From the IMG/VR virus record IMGVR_UViG_3300005805_000104, positions 1 to 57,310 of that record: a stretch of 57,310 nt of DNA. One strand, given 5' to 3'. The notes below the pieces were generated by a model, which was given only the letters and a program-made list of their open reading frames with translations, searched no databases and was not told where the DNA came from. The stretch is from a virus (taxonomy: Duplodnaviria; Caudoviricetes). Of the stretch, positions 29,627 through 39,432 are shown piece after piece (the stretch's first letter is position 1; every line of letters starts with the position of its first letter). The translations under genes were made by a program, and so were the position numbers.

Positions 29627-30295
29627 ATGCCATATTTAAGCTCAACATCGGTGGTGGTAGATGCCATTCTAACAAAAAAAGGTAGAGAACTATTGTCTAG
29701 AAACGATGGATCCTTTAGAATCACCCAATTTTCTTTAGCCGACGACGAAGTAGACTACACTTTATACAACCCTAATCACCCCTCTGGATCAGCATTTTAT
29801 GGAGAAGCTATAGAGGCGATGCCCATACTTCAAGCATATCCAGATGACACCGAGATAATGAAATCTAAACTCATTACTCTTCCAAGGGGAACGGCGAAAA
29901 TACCATCAGTTTTCATACCCAACAGTACTATCTCATTACCTCAAGGATCTAGCACATCTGTAACACCACAAACTCTCAATTACTTGGGAGGAAATAGCCA
30001 ATTTGAACCTTCTGGATACACTTTCACCATAGGTGACGTTAGAACAATGTCATCGTTTTCTGCAATAGGCATAAATACGACCGCGGCGCAAGAAGCAAAT
30101 ACTACAAATACAATAGGCACAAACGTCAGTAAAACTGTAATAGGTACCACGCTAAATCTAACGGCTACTACGGTAAACACACTGTTTGGAAACGCTTCAG
30201 GAGATCTAACGCAATTGCAAACCACTCTAATAATAGTGGGAAGAGATTCAGGCGCCAGACTATCTGTACCTATTGTTGTTAAGAAATCAATATAA
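29627..30295 (+). CDS. Virion structural protein
   Basis: DAILTKKGRELL...ITQFSLADDEVDY; ATATTTAT upstream. Confidence 0.6.
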   Translation: MPYLSSTSVVVDAILTKKGRELLSRNDGSFRITQFSLADDEVDYTLYNPNHPSGSAFYGEAIEAMPILQAYPDDTEIMKSKLITLPRGTAKIPSVFIPNSTISLPQGSSTSVTPQTLNYLGGNSQFEPSGYTFTIGDVRTMSSFSAIGINTTAAQEANTTNTIGTNVSKTVIGTTLNLTATTVNTLFGNASGDLTQLQTTLIIVGRDSGARLSVPIVVKKSI

Positions 30296-30306
30296 TCGAC
30301 TAAAAT

Positions 30307-31347
30307 ATGTCATTCAAAGCCTTAGATACACAAGATTTTGTAATCTCTGCGGATTCCATAACCGCCCCCGCGTGGAGCACAAACTCTCCGACACTGACCG
30401 TATTTTATACGGGTTCCACCTGTTATAACACGAGCAGCTTCTACTTAGACGTTTATAATGCCCCGTGCTCTAGTACAAACGCAGCTGTACAATTCTCTGT
30501 AGCATACGGCCACTATGCGGGATCCGGATCGTATCCCCTAAATCCCCTCATCGCTGAAAATACGCCTACAAGAATAACATACGGCCAATATAGAAATATC
30601 ATCTACGGCGATTCAGAGGGAAATGGAAACGTCGGAGGCGGTCGATTTAATTTTGGAGGACTGGCAAACAACGCGGAGTCCATAATCGCGATGCCAATAG
30701 ACCGAAATAGATACAAGGAGAGCATAATGCCCGGGTCATTTAATATAGTGATAGCTAGTGGATCTACGGTATTGAACTTAACTGATAACTCTAATGACGT
30801 AAGCACGGTCACATTTTTAGATTGTGGTAGGGCGTTTGATATAGTTTATGGAACAAACGGAACAGCTAACACGGGATGGAAGGAGTCCGGATACACAGTC
30901 TCAGGATCATACGGCCTATTTTTACCCGATGTTGGATTGATTGTATTGAATCCTCACGCCCTTGGACTATCCGTATCCGACGGCGGATTGGGACACCAAT
31001 TCTACACGGGTTCAGAAGCCGCGTATCAAGGACTAAATAATGCCGCAATATATAATTTCATAGACAACGGAAATAGTTTCCAATTGCTGTCAAAAGAGAC
31101 CGTATCTTCAAATTTTGTGTTTGTGAGAGTTAGAAACAATGAGTTTAATTACACTTCAAACCCATCATTTGTTACCTCATCAGGAACACTGATATACGAT
31201 AATTTCATAAATAGTCCACAAACATTTATTACAACTGTTGGATTGTACAATGACAACAACGATCTATTGGCCGTAGCGAAACTTTCTAAACCGCTAGTAA
31301 AAGATTTTACGAAAGAAGCTTTAATTAGGACCAAATTAGATTGGTAA
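30307..31347 (+). CDS. Virion structural protein with tail-collar-like C-terminal domain
   Basis: EFNYTSNPSF...ITTVGLYNDNNDLLAVAKLSKP. Confidence 0.6.
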   Translation: MSFKALDTQDFVISADSITAPAWSTNSPTLTVFYTGSTCYNTSSFYLDVYNAPCSSTNAAVQFSVAYGHYAGSGSYPLNPLIAENTPTRITYGQYRNIIYGDSEGNGNVGGGRFNFGGLANNAESIIAMPIDRNRYKESIMPGSFNIVIASGSTVLNLTDNSNDVSTVTFLDCGRAFDIVYGTNGTANTGWKESGYTVSGSYGLFLPDVGLIVLNPHALGLSVSDGGLGHQFYTGSEAAYQGLNNAAIYNFIDNGNSFQLLSKETVSSNFVFVRVRNNEFNYTSNPSFVTSSGTLIYDNFINSPQTFITTVGLYNDNNDLLAVAKLSKPLVKDFTKEALIRTKLDW

Positions 31348-31350
31348 CAA

Positions 31351-33132
31351 ATGAGTCTATGCAAGAATACGGTAGAAAGTTCGGACATATCAAGCAATCC
31401 GATACTATTAAAGTATTCTCAACAATTAGATTGTGGAGGAGAAGCGGGTATTGAGTTTACTCGCGGAGTAAACGGACAAATACAAACTTCAGGATCAGTA
31501 AACTACAAGATACTCGTATATAGAACTATACGACAACTTTACTATATGAACTACATTTCTGGATCTCTATTGGGATCCGGAAGCGGTTGGGACTCGTTTC
31601 TACAATCAACAGCAGCATCAGGAACTTACGAATACGACAACAGATATTTTCCTACGGAGTCAAATGCGCAGATATCTGTCATGACGATTCCAAAAACGGT
31701 TTTTGGAGAAAAAATAAGCCCAAAAACTTTCAATTACTTTGATATTAACGTAACTCTGGCGGACGACGGAAACGGAAATATCATAGATCTACAAAACAAT
31801 AATACGCACGTAGGAAACATTATATATCCGCACGGCGTAGTTGTTCTAACTAACCAAAATTATCAAAACGTATTTCCAGAAAAACCAATACTGGTCGGAT
31901 ACTATGGAACATTTAACGAAAGCGTATCTCCAAAAACTTTTTCTATAACGTCATATGATTCATACGGATCTGGACAATTTGACTATTCAACGTTACAATT
32001 ATTTGGAACCGATCAATCGAACCTATTCTCTGTAAATCTTACAAACGGACAGGTAACTCTTAACACAACAGAACCTGGGGAATACACAACTTATTATTCC
32101 ATATCAAACTATTATGGACCCGGCTGCGCGCTTAAGAGTGATCCAGCAAAGTGTGTGATAGTCGTAAATGATGAATTGGTCGAATCTTTAGATGGAGCTG
32201 TCAATCAGAATGACTGTAGAATTACGGGCTCCGCATACTACAATGATTGCGTAATACAAGGCAACGCATACATAACTTTGGCTCCCACTCCAAGTATAAC
32301 GCCCACAATAACCACGACTCCAACAGTAACAACTACAATAAGTATAACTAAAACTCCCACAAAAACTCCTACAAACACAAGAACGGTCTCCATAACTCCA
32401 ACTATCACTGTTACAATATCTAACACTCCCCAACCTACAAGAACTCCTACGGTTACTATAACTCCATTCCTTTCCATAACTCCAACAGTGTCAGTAACAC
32501 CAACAAGAACCCCCACAATAACAGTCACCGCGACCACCAGCAACACTCCAACGCCTACTGCCACATTTAGCACTACGCCAACAACGACGCCTAGTATAAC
32601 TGTAACACCGGCGAATTATTGGAGCATATCAGGAAACACTTCCGCGACATCGACCTTTGGTCCAATAATAACGGTTAGAATAAAAAACAACGCGTCTGAT
32701 CCAAATTCTGGATACATAACGTTGTACAACTCAACGTTAGCCACTTTTCCGTACGTGTTTAATGGACAAACATCATTAGGCGCAACTAGTAATGCCGCCG
32801 TAGATATTTCCATTTCTAATGGCGCTCTATTCTCTGCGGCGTCTTTAACTGACGGTGGAGGCACAAAAACGGCTTCTGTAGGAACAGGCGTAAGTAATTA
32901 TACATGGACAGGTATAAACTCCAATTTTAGCATAAGCATAACTACAAAGGTTCAGTGTTATACCTACATAAATACGTCTTTTAGTGATAACGTAGTAGTT
33001 TCTTATTACGATTGTAGCAATGTATTACAATCGAATAAGACTATCGGTCCTAGAGCGACATTCTGCGCAAGATACGCATCAGTTACTTATGTGTCTGGAA
33101 ACGGTTATTATCAGGGGATAACAAATTGTTAA
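31351..33132 (+). CDS. Structural protein N-half fused to a Thr/Pro stalk and C-terminal head
   Basis: DDGNGNI...HVGNIIYPHG domain, then TPTIT repeats and a Cys-containing tip. Confidence 0.65.
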   Translation: MSLCKNTVESSDISSNPILLKYSQQLDCGGEAGIEFTRGVNGQIQTSGSVNYKILVYRTIRQLYYMNYISGSLLGSGSGWDSFLQSTAASGTYEYDNRYFPTESNAQISVMTIPKTVFGEKISPKTFNYFDINVTLADDGNGNIIDLQNNNTHVGNIIYPHGVVVLTNQNYQNVFPEKPILVGYYGTFNESVSPKTFSITSYDSYGSGQFDYSTLQLFGTDQSNLFSVNLTNGQVTLNTTEPGEYTTYYSISNYYGPGCALKSDPAKCVIVVNDELVESLDGAVNQNDCRITGSAYYNDCVIQGNAYITLAPTPSITPTITTTPTVTTTISITKTPTKTPTNTRTVSITPTITVTISNTPQPTRTPTVTITPFLSITPTVSVTPTRTPTITVTATTSNTPTPTATFSTTPTTTPSITVTPANYWSISGNTSATSTFGPIITVRIKNNASDPNSGYITLYNSTLATFPYVFNGQTSLGATSNAAVDISISNGALFSAASLTDGGGTKTASVGTGVSNYTWTGINSNFSISITTKVQCYTYINTSFSDNVVVSYYDCSNVLQSNKTIGPRATFCARYASVTYVSGNGYYQGITNC

Positions 33133-33135
33133 TAG

Positions 33136-36100
33136 ATGGTAAACGAACCAAGATATATATCGCTAACAATAACAATGAGCACTATAGGTGTTGATTCTGA
33201 GTATTGCGATTTGTTTACCAATTATGACGGATTTACATATCCAATAGCTCGTAAAGTACCTAGACAAAGTTTATTAAGCGGTTATAGAATAAACACAGTT
33301 CCTGAAGAAGCTACGATTATGAGAGTGGCTGCTCATTGCTCTGGATGTACTAATTACATTGATTTGTCTATCGGAGTTGTCGCCACTACCCCGTCTCCTA
33401 CTAAAACTATTAGTACGACTCCAACGCCCACTTCAACAACCACGCCTACAATAACCGTAACCGCAACAGCATCTGTAACTCCAACAAGCACGCCAACAAT
33501 ATCCGTTACATCCACAGTTAGTATTACTCCCACCAGTACTGTAAGCGTAACACCTAGCCACACAGCGACTATAAGTGTTACTCCGACGCTTAGCGTAACG
33601 AGCACAGTAAGCGTTACAGCAACTATGAGTGTAACGCCGACTAGCACAATAAGTGTAACGCCTACGAGCACAATTAGTGAAACTCCCATACCTAGTTTAA
33701 CGGCCACGCCTACGCTATCGATCACATCGACTTTAAGTGTAACTCCATCAATTAGCATAACGTCTACAATAAGTTCAACTCCCACGTTAACAGTTACTGC
33801 AACACTTAGCGTAACTCCTACGATATCAATAACAGCAACAACAAGTGTAACTCCGACAATATCAGTTACGTTAACTCCTGGACTATCTAATACTCCCACG
33901 ATATCTGTAACTCCGACTGTAAGTATAACTTCTACCATATCAATAACTCCGACGAATACAATAAGCGTTACACCAACTAGAACCATATCGGTAACTTCTA
34001 CAATAAGCGTTACTCCAACAATATCTCGCACTCCTACAATAAGTGTCACTTCAACAGTAAGCGTTACTCCGACTATAAGTGCAACTCCTACTCAAACTGT
34101 AAGCGTTACGCCAACTAGAACCATATCAGTCACGTCGACGATAAGCGCAACAGCCACAATAAGCGTTACTCCTACTAGAACCATCAGCGTCACTCCAACG
34201 ATAACAGTTACTTTAACGCCAAATCTTTCTGTTACTCCAACTACGAGCGTTACGCCCACTATAAGCATTACTTCAACAGCGAGTGTTACGCCTACAAGAA
34301 CTATCAGCGTTACTCCAACCATTAGCGTTACTTCCACCATTAGCGTTACTCCCACAATCAGTAACACGCCTACAATCAGTAACACGCCTACAATATCTGT
34401 AACGCAGACAGTGTCTATCACATCCACAATCAGTAACACACCTACAAGAACTATAAGCGTTACACCAACACAAACTATTAGCGTTACGCCAACGCTTAGC
34501 GTAACTTCTACAGCATCTGTAACTCCGACTATTAGTATAACCGCAACAATTAGTAACACTCCCACAGTTTCAGTTACCTCAACAGTTAGCGTTACACCAA
34601 CTAGAACCATATCGGTAACTTCTACAATAAGCGTTACGCCTACACAAACTATAAGTGTTACTCCAACGAGAACGATATCCGTAACACCCACCATCAGTGT
34701 CACTCCAACTCAAACCATCAGTGTCACTCCCACCAGCACCATTAGCCTTACTCCAACCATAAGCGCCACTCCTACGCAAACTATTAGCGTTACCCCCACT
34801 AGAACTATAAGCGTTACTTCAACCATCAGTGTCACTCCCACAAGTACGATATCAATTACGCCTACACGCACAGTTAGTGTAACTTCAACTATAAGCATCA
34901 CACCTACACAAACTATTAGTGTTACGCCTACAAGCACAATTAGCGTTACACAAACAATAAGTGTCACTCCCACAAGTACGATATCAGTTACTCCCACTCG
35001 TACAATCAGTGTTACACCTACTATAAGTGTAACGCCCACAAGAACAATAAGTGTAACGCCTACGAGCACAATCAGCGTTACTTCAACTATCAGCTCTACA
35101 CCTACATCGACCATCAGCTTAACGCCCACAAGAACAATCAGCGTTACTCAAACGATATCTATTACTCCGACTCAAACAATAAGTGTTACGCCAACAATTA
35201 GTGTAACTCCTACGCAAACAATATCTATTACCCCAACTGTTACTAGAACTATATCATCTACTCCCACTCCTACAAGAACAATTAGTGTTACTCCCACGCC
35301 TTCTCCTACGGATTACGCGACAGACGCAACATTAAGCTTTGCTTCGTTTGATCCAATAACAGATACATTTTTCTTTAATCTATCTTCTGCTGTAGACGAG
35401 GATGTCACAGTAACATACGCCTCTGTCACGGCGTACACAAACTCAGATTGTACTGGAGATAGTAATCAGAGTTACATATTGAGTACGGTGACATGGTTAA
35501 CTGGTGAATCTGGCACAAAGAGCGCTCCTGGTATAGATGTGGCTTCTACTTGGTCGCACATAAAAGATAATTCGTTAACCATAAATCACGGATCTGTTAT
35601 TGGAGATGTAAAATCTAATGGACAATCTTGGGTAACTAATAATAGCGCGGGTCAATCTACAGTAACAGTTAGCATAAGTAACGCTTGTGTACCTCCTCCG
35701 ACTCCTACAAGAACCCCCACTCCTACAAGAACAATAAGCTCAACAGCTACACCTACAATATCAGTAACTCCTACTAGAACTATAAGCATTACTCCAACAA
35801 TAACTGTTACACGTACAACTACGCCTACGATATCTGTAACACCAACAAGAACTATCACTGTCACTGCCACTATTAGTATAACTCCTACACCAACTAGAAC
35901 AGTGACCACGGTGCCCTTGGGAGTTACAGCATACGGATCTGACGGACAATGTGCAAGTCAAACAATATGTACCGCCACTGCAAGTCCCTACGTAATAGCT
36001 ACGGGCGGAGTTCCCCCATACACGTATCAGTGGACTAACGTATCTAATCCCAACGGACATGATTTTTCTGGTGATACAACGGCGCTGGAGTTTTTAGTGT

Positions 36101-36240
36101 TCGCGGATATCAGTTGCGGAGCTCCCACGGCTTGGTCGATTTCTACATGGTACTGTACTGTGACAGATTCAACATCGACCTTCGTTGTATCGAACCAAGT
36201 AGAAGCTAGACTGCAAAACACGGAAACTAATTGTCAATAG
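33136..36240 (+). CDS. Thr/Ser/Pro-repeat appendage protein with SprB/Ig-like C-terminal domain
   Basis: Roughly 640 aa of TISVTP-type repeats; GGVPPYTYQW...CTVTDS. Confidence 0.75.
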   Translation: MVNEPRYISLTITMSTIGVDSEYCDLFTNYDGFTYPIARKVPRQSLLSGYRINTVPEEATIMRVAAHCSGCTNYIDLSIGVVATTPSPTKTISTTPTPTSTTTPTITVTATASVTPTSTPTISVTSTVSITPTSTVSVTPSHTATISVTPTLSVTSTVSVTATMSVTPTSTISVTPTSTISETPIPSLTATPTLSITSTLSVTPSISITSTISSTPTLTVTATLSVTPTISITATTSVTPTISVTLTPGLSNTPTISVTPTVSITSTISITPTNTISVTPTRTISVTSTISVTPTISRTPTISVTSTVSVTPTISATPTQTVSVTPTRTISVTSTISATATISVTPTRTISVTPTITVTLTPNLSVTPTTSVTPTISITSTASVTPTRTISVTPTISVTSTISVTPTISNTPTISNTPTISVTQTVSITSTISNTPTRTISVTPTQTISVTPTLSVTSTASVTPTISITATISNTPTVSVTSTVSVTPTRTISVTSTISVTPTQTISVTPTRTISVTPTISVTPTQTISVTPTSTISLTPTISATPTQTISVTPTRTISVTSTISVTPTSTISITPTRTVSVTSTISITPTQTISVTPTSTISVTQTISVTPTSTISVTPTRTISVTPTISVTPTRTISVTPTSTISVTSTISSTPTSTISLTPTRTISVTQTISITPTQTISVTPTISVTPTQTISITPTVTRTISSTPTPTRTISVTPTPSPTDYATDATLSFASFDPITDTFFFNLSSAVDEDVTVTYASVTAYTNSDCTGDSNQSYILSTVTWLTGESGTKSAPGIDVASTWSHIKDNSLTINHGSVIGDVKSNGQSWVTNNSAGQSTVTVSISNACVPPPTPTRTPTPTRTISSTATPTISVTPTRTISITPTITVTRTTTPTISVTPTRTITVTATISITPTPTRTVTTVPLGVTAYGSDGQCASQTICTATASPYVIATGGVPPYTYQWTNVSNPNGHDFSGDTTALEFLVFADISCGAPTAWSISTWYCTVTDSTSTFVVSNQVEARLQNTETNCQ
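33382..35310 (+). repeat. Degenerate coding tandem repeat (TISVTP / TRTISVTP units)
   Basis: Protein-level repeat with synonymously scrambled DNA. Confidence 0.9.
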
Positions 36241-36258
36241 TATTTATAATAAACGGAT

Positions 36259-37212
36259 ATGTCAACAGTAACCGCAATAGTAACATTAACAAACGTAGGT
36301 AACGATGCTGGTACCTATTTTGACATCTATTCCGATGCGGACGGATACTGTAAACCAATTATTACGAACATTACAAAAGCCGAGCTCATCGCAGGATATG
36401 TGTTATTGAATATACCAAGTTTCGCGAACGCCCTAAAAGTTTGTTCAAAAGGTACGTGTACAAATTGCGGATTGGTGTATCTCATTCAACCTAGTCCAAC
36501 TCCTACAGTAACGCCAACGGTGTCTATAACATCCACTGTGAGTGTTACCCCGACCATCAGCATAACGCCCACAAGAACAATCAGCGTGACCCCTACGATA
36601 TCTGTAACACCTACGATAACAACAACAGCCACAGTATCTGTCACCCCTACCGCCACAATAAGCAAAACACCTACGATATCTGTAACACCTACAAGAACGA
36701 TATCTGTAACTCCTACACCAACAATAAGTGTTACTCGAACTCCTACAGTCTCTGTAACGCCAACTAGGACTATTAGCGTCACTCCCACTGCTACGATATC
36801 TGTAACGCCTACAAGAACGATAAGCGTAACTCCAAGTACAACATATATAGCACCACTAGAATTAACCTTGAGCCGCACATCAGACTCTAGATCTTGTACT
36901 GAATGTAATCCTGTGGGTTGTACGCCTCCACAAACCGCGCTGTTTACCGCCACTGTAACCGGCGGTGTTGCTCCATACACGTATCTTTGGGAAGCAGTAT
37001 CGGGAGACACATCAGAAGTGTTCCCCACCGCTAGCACATCAAATAGCACGAGATTTTATACAGACACAATTTTATATTGCGTTAATGGAGGCCCCGCAGC
37101 TTCAAGATCGGCCGTATACAGATTAAAAGTAACGGATTCTAATTCAGCCATCATATACGGAGATAATTGCGATTCAACGTTCTCCAACTCATGTACAACC
37201 TGCCCAGAATAA
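36259..37212 (+). CDS. Thr-rich appendage paralog with SprB/Ig-like C-terminal domain
   Basis: Shared N-domain FDIYSDADGY; GGVAPYTYLW...LKVTDS. Confidence 0.72.
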   Translation: MSTVTAIVTLTNVGNDAGTYFDIYSDADGYCKPIITNITKAELIAGYVLLNIPSFANALKVCSKGTCTNCGLVYLIQPSPTPTVTPTVSITSTVSVTPTISITPTRTISVTPTISVTPTITTTATVSVTPTATISKTPTISVTPTRTISVTPTPTISVTRTPTVSVTPTRTISVTPTATISVTPTRTISVTPSTTYIAPLELTLSRTSDSRSCTECNPVGCTPPQTALFTATVTGGVAPYTYLWEAVSGDTSEVFPTASTSNSTRFYTDTILYCVNGGPAASRSAVYRLKVTDSNSAIIYGDNCDSTFSNSCTTCPE

Positions 37213-37227
37213 TGAAAAATAATTGAT

Positions 37228-38439
37228 ATGCCATTCTCAGTATATACAGACTATTCAGTGACCATCTCAGCGACATTCGGATTTTTTCCGGGTGACACTA
37301 GAGGACCTGCAGGCCCATTCGATCTGTATTCTGATGTAGATGGTTTCACCGAACCCTTTCAGTGTTGTGTATTAAGATCGGAATTGGAAGCAGGTTACAT
37401 ATCGCATATCGTACCTTTTGGAACCAGCATAATACGAATAAAGACAGACTGTTTCGATTGCAAGAGTTGGACAGACGCGTATCTGTTGGGATATCCTCCA
37501 ATAACGCCAAGCATAACTCCCACCGTGTCAGTTACCGTTACTCTATCCGTTACTCCAACTAGAACTATAAGTGTAACCCCTACCATATCTACGACCCCTA
37601 CGATAACAACCACGCCTACAATAAGTACGACTCCTACTCCTACGATAACCGTTACCAGAACTCCTACAACGACAGTTTCTATAACGGCCACAGTCAGCAT
37701 TACGCCTTCGATAAGCATCACTCCTACGGTGACGCCAACTATCACTTACACAGCAACTCCTACACCGACCATACAATTGAGTCCTTCGATAACTCCTACT
37801 CCTACAAAGACTATAAGCATTACACCAAGTCTGACTCCGTCAAGTCAGTACTTCAATAATGGCATTCAACTTATAGCCGGAAATAGCGTAGAAGAAGTGT
37901 GTGGTAAATCTGATAGCGATACAATAACAGTATACACAGATACAGGATATTTCCCAAATTGCAATTATGTATTCGCAACCCCGATAAACGTAGATACTGA
38001 TCCTTGCATATATTATGGCACTTGTTCAAAGATACCGTATACTCATTTGAGGATTCCTAATGCAAGTAACAACGTGTGGTTGGTGAATCCTACAAATAAT
38101 GAAGTGTCAAATACTACAGCGTGTTCCAACATACCCAGCAAAACAAGATTCGCTTTAGTACAGTGTGGAACGAATAATACATCGGCTTATACACAACTTT
38201 TAACAGACGCAGAATTGCCGTATTCTTCTAGAGCAACAACACAAGTAGTATTTGTTAACGGAGCTCCTATAGTATCCGTAAAATCCGGAGAAATATTACA
38301 GGGAGAAGACGGTAATTATTATAGAGCGCTAAACTCCCAAAATACATATCCTGGATCTGAAATAAGAATAATGAACGTTTCTAGAACTGGAGTATTTGTG
38401 GGCTCGAGTGGAACCGATTGTCCTCCTCAGTATAGATGA
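37228..38439 (+). CDS. Thr-rich appendage paralog with Cys-rich C-terminus
   Basis: Shared N-domain GPFDLYSDVDGF, then TP stalk. Confidence 0.72.
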   Translation: MPFSVYTDYSVTISATFGFFPGDTRGPAGPFDLYSDVDGFTEPFQCCVLRSELEAGYISHIVPFGTSIIRIKTDCFDCKSWTDAYLLGYPPITPSITPTVSVTVTLSVTPTRTISVTPTISTTPTITTTPTISTTPTPTITVTRTPTTTVSITATVSITPSISITPTVTPTITYTATPTPTIQLSPSITPTPTKTISITPSLTPSSQYFNNGIQLIAGNSVEEVCGKSDSDTITVYTDTGYFPNCNYVFATPINVDTDPCIYYGTCSKIPYTHLRIPNASNNVWLVNPTNNEVSNTTACSNIPSKTRFALVQCGTNNTSAYTQLLTDAELPYSSRATTQVVFVNGAPIVSVKSGEILQGEDGNYYRALNSQNTYPGSEIRIMNVSRTGVFVGSSGTDCPPQYR

Positions 38440-38457
38440 TATGTATAATAAACAGCT

Positions 38458-38742
38458 ATGGCTAGAATAGATTTTAAGTCAGAGACTACTATATACGAAA
38501 ACGTGGTAAGGTGCCGCGTTTCTGAAAACGATTTTAACTATACTCTAAATAAAAGTGCGATACAATCTGGAACGAGCGGTTCGTACATCGATGCAGTTAC
38601 GGGATCTAATTTTCATCCTTACGCTACGACTATTGGTCTATACAACGAAGCAGATGAATTACTGGTGGTTGGCAAATTATCCTCGCCTCATCCGATTCCT
38701 CCAAACACTGATGTGACCTTCGTAATAAAATGGGACAGCTAA
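38458..38742 (+). CDS. Stand-alone tail-collar-like C-terminal domain
   Basis: DFNYTLN...YATTIGLYNEADELLVVGKLSSP; paralogous to the C-terminus of 30307..31347. Confidence 0.7.
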   Translation: MARIDFKSETTIYENVVRCRVSENDFNYTLNKSAIQSGTSGSYIDAVTGSNFHPYATTIGLYNEADELLVVGKLSSPHPIPPNTDVTFVIKWDS

Positions 38743-39413
38743 GGCTTCTAAACCACCTTTTTGAAATAAGAACCATGAACGTGGGTTCTAACGCCATTAT
38801 TTATGGTGTCGTACATAACGATATGCAACAGGCCGACGAAGTAATACAACACGCACTATCAAAGTTTGATACTAAGAAGAAGACTGTGTTTCTAGGAGAG
38901 GGAGGAGATCCCAACAACGTGTATCCTCGAGGAAGCGAATCCGAATACATCTACGAAAAGTTAAAAAGAGAATTTTCTAATCTTCTAAACGATTCCTGGG
39001 ACGGTAAAGATTTCGACGTAACAGATCCTGATTCGTTTGTGTTCTCGGCAATACAAAGATTAACGGGGTACGATCAAGATTTGGTGAACGCCGGAATATA
39101 CGCCGCAATGGTTGGACAGGGACAAGATCCCATAGAAGTCAGTAGATTGCTTAATAAGAGGGGTAAAGATGTGTTAAGATCTTTCGGCGTGCAAGATGCA
39201 AAAAATCCCTCTAACGAGGACATACAGATCATGTACGATCTCTGTTTTCCACAAGATACAGGAAAACCTGCGCAACAAATATCCAAAATAACGGACGCAT
39301 TCAACGAAGTCAGAGACAAAAACTTAATTCGAAAGGTGAATAAGTACTCTTCTCTCGGCTATCAAGTCATAGCTTGCGCGGGAGAGAGTCACCTTGATTT
39401 ACTACAGAATTAG
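38730..39413 (+). CDS. Hypothetical protein
   Basis: 227 aa; GVVH, EG, RD..L, G.SH pattern loosely like TraB/erythromycin-esterase folds. Confidence 0.55.
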   Translation: MGQLRLLNHLFEIRTMNVGSNAIIYGVVHNDMQQADEVIQHALSKFDTKKKTVFLGEGGDPNNVYPRGSESEYIYEKLKREFSNLLNDSWDGKDFDVTDPDSFVFSAIQRLTGYDQDLVNAGIYAAMVGQGQDPIEVSRLLNKRGKDVLRSFGVQDAKNPSNEDIQIMYDLCFPQDTGKPAQQISKITDAFNEVRDKNLIRKVNKYSSLGYQVIACAGESHLDLLQN

Positions 39414-39432
39414 ATATTTATAATAAACGGCT

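Noticed and set aside
33382-35310. Possible CRISPR array or DGR repeat
   Set aside because: The repeats are in-frame and synonymously degenerate, with no constant repeat-spacer pattern. No cas or reverse transcriptase gene is present in the window.
32188-37776. Long Val/Gly-rich minus-strand ORFs
   Set aside because: They are antisense shadows of the Thr/Pro repeats (ACN codons give no antisense stops in that frame) and have no independent signals.
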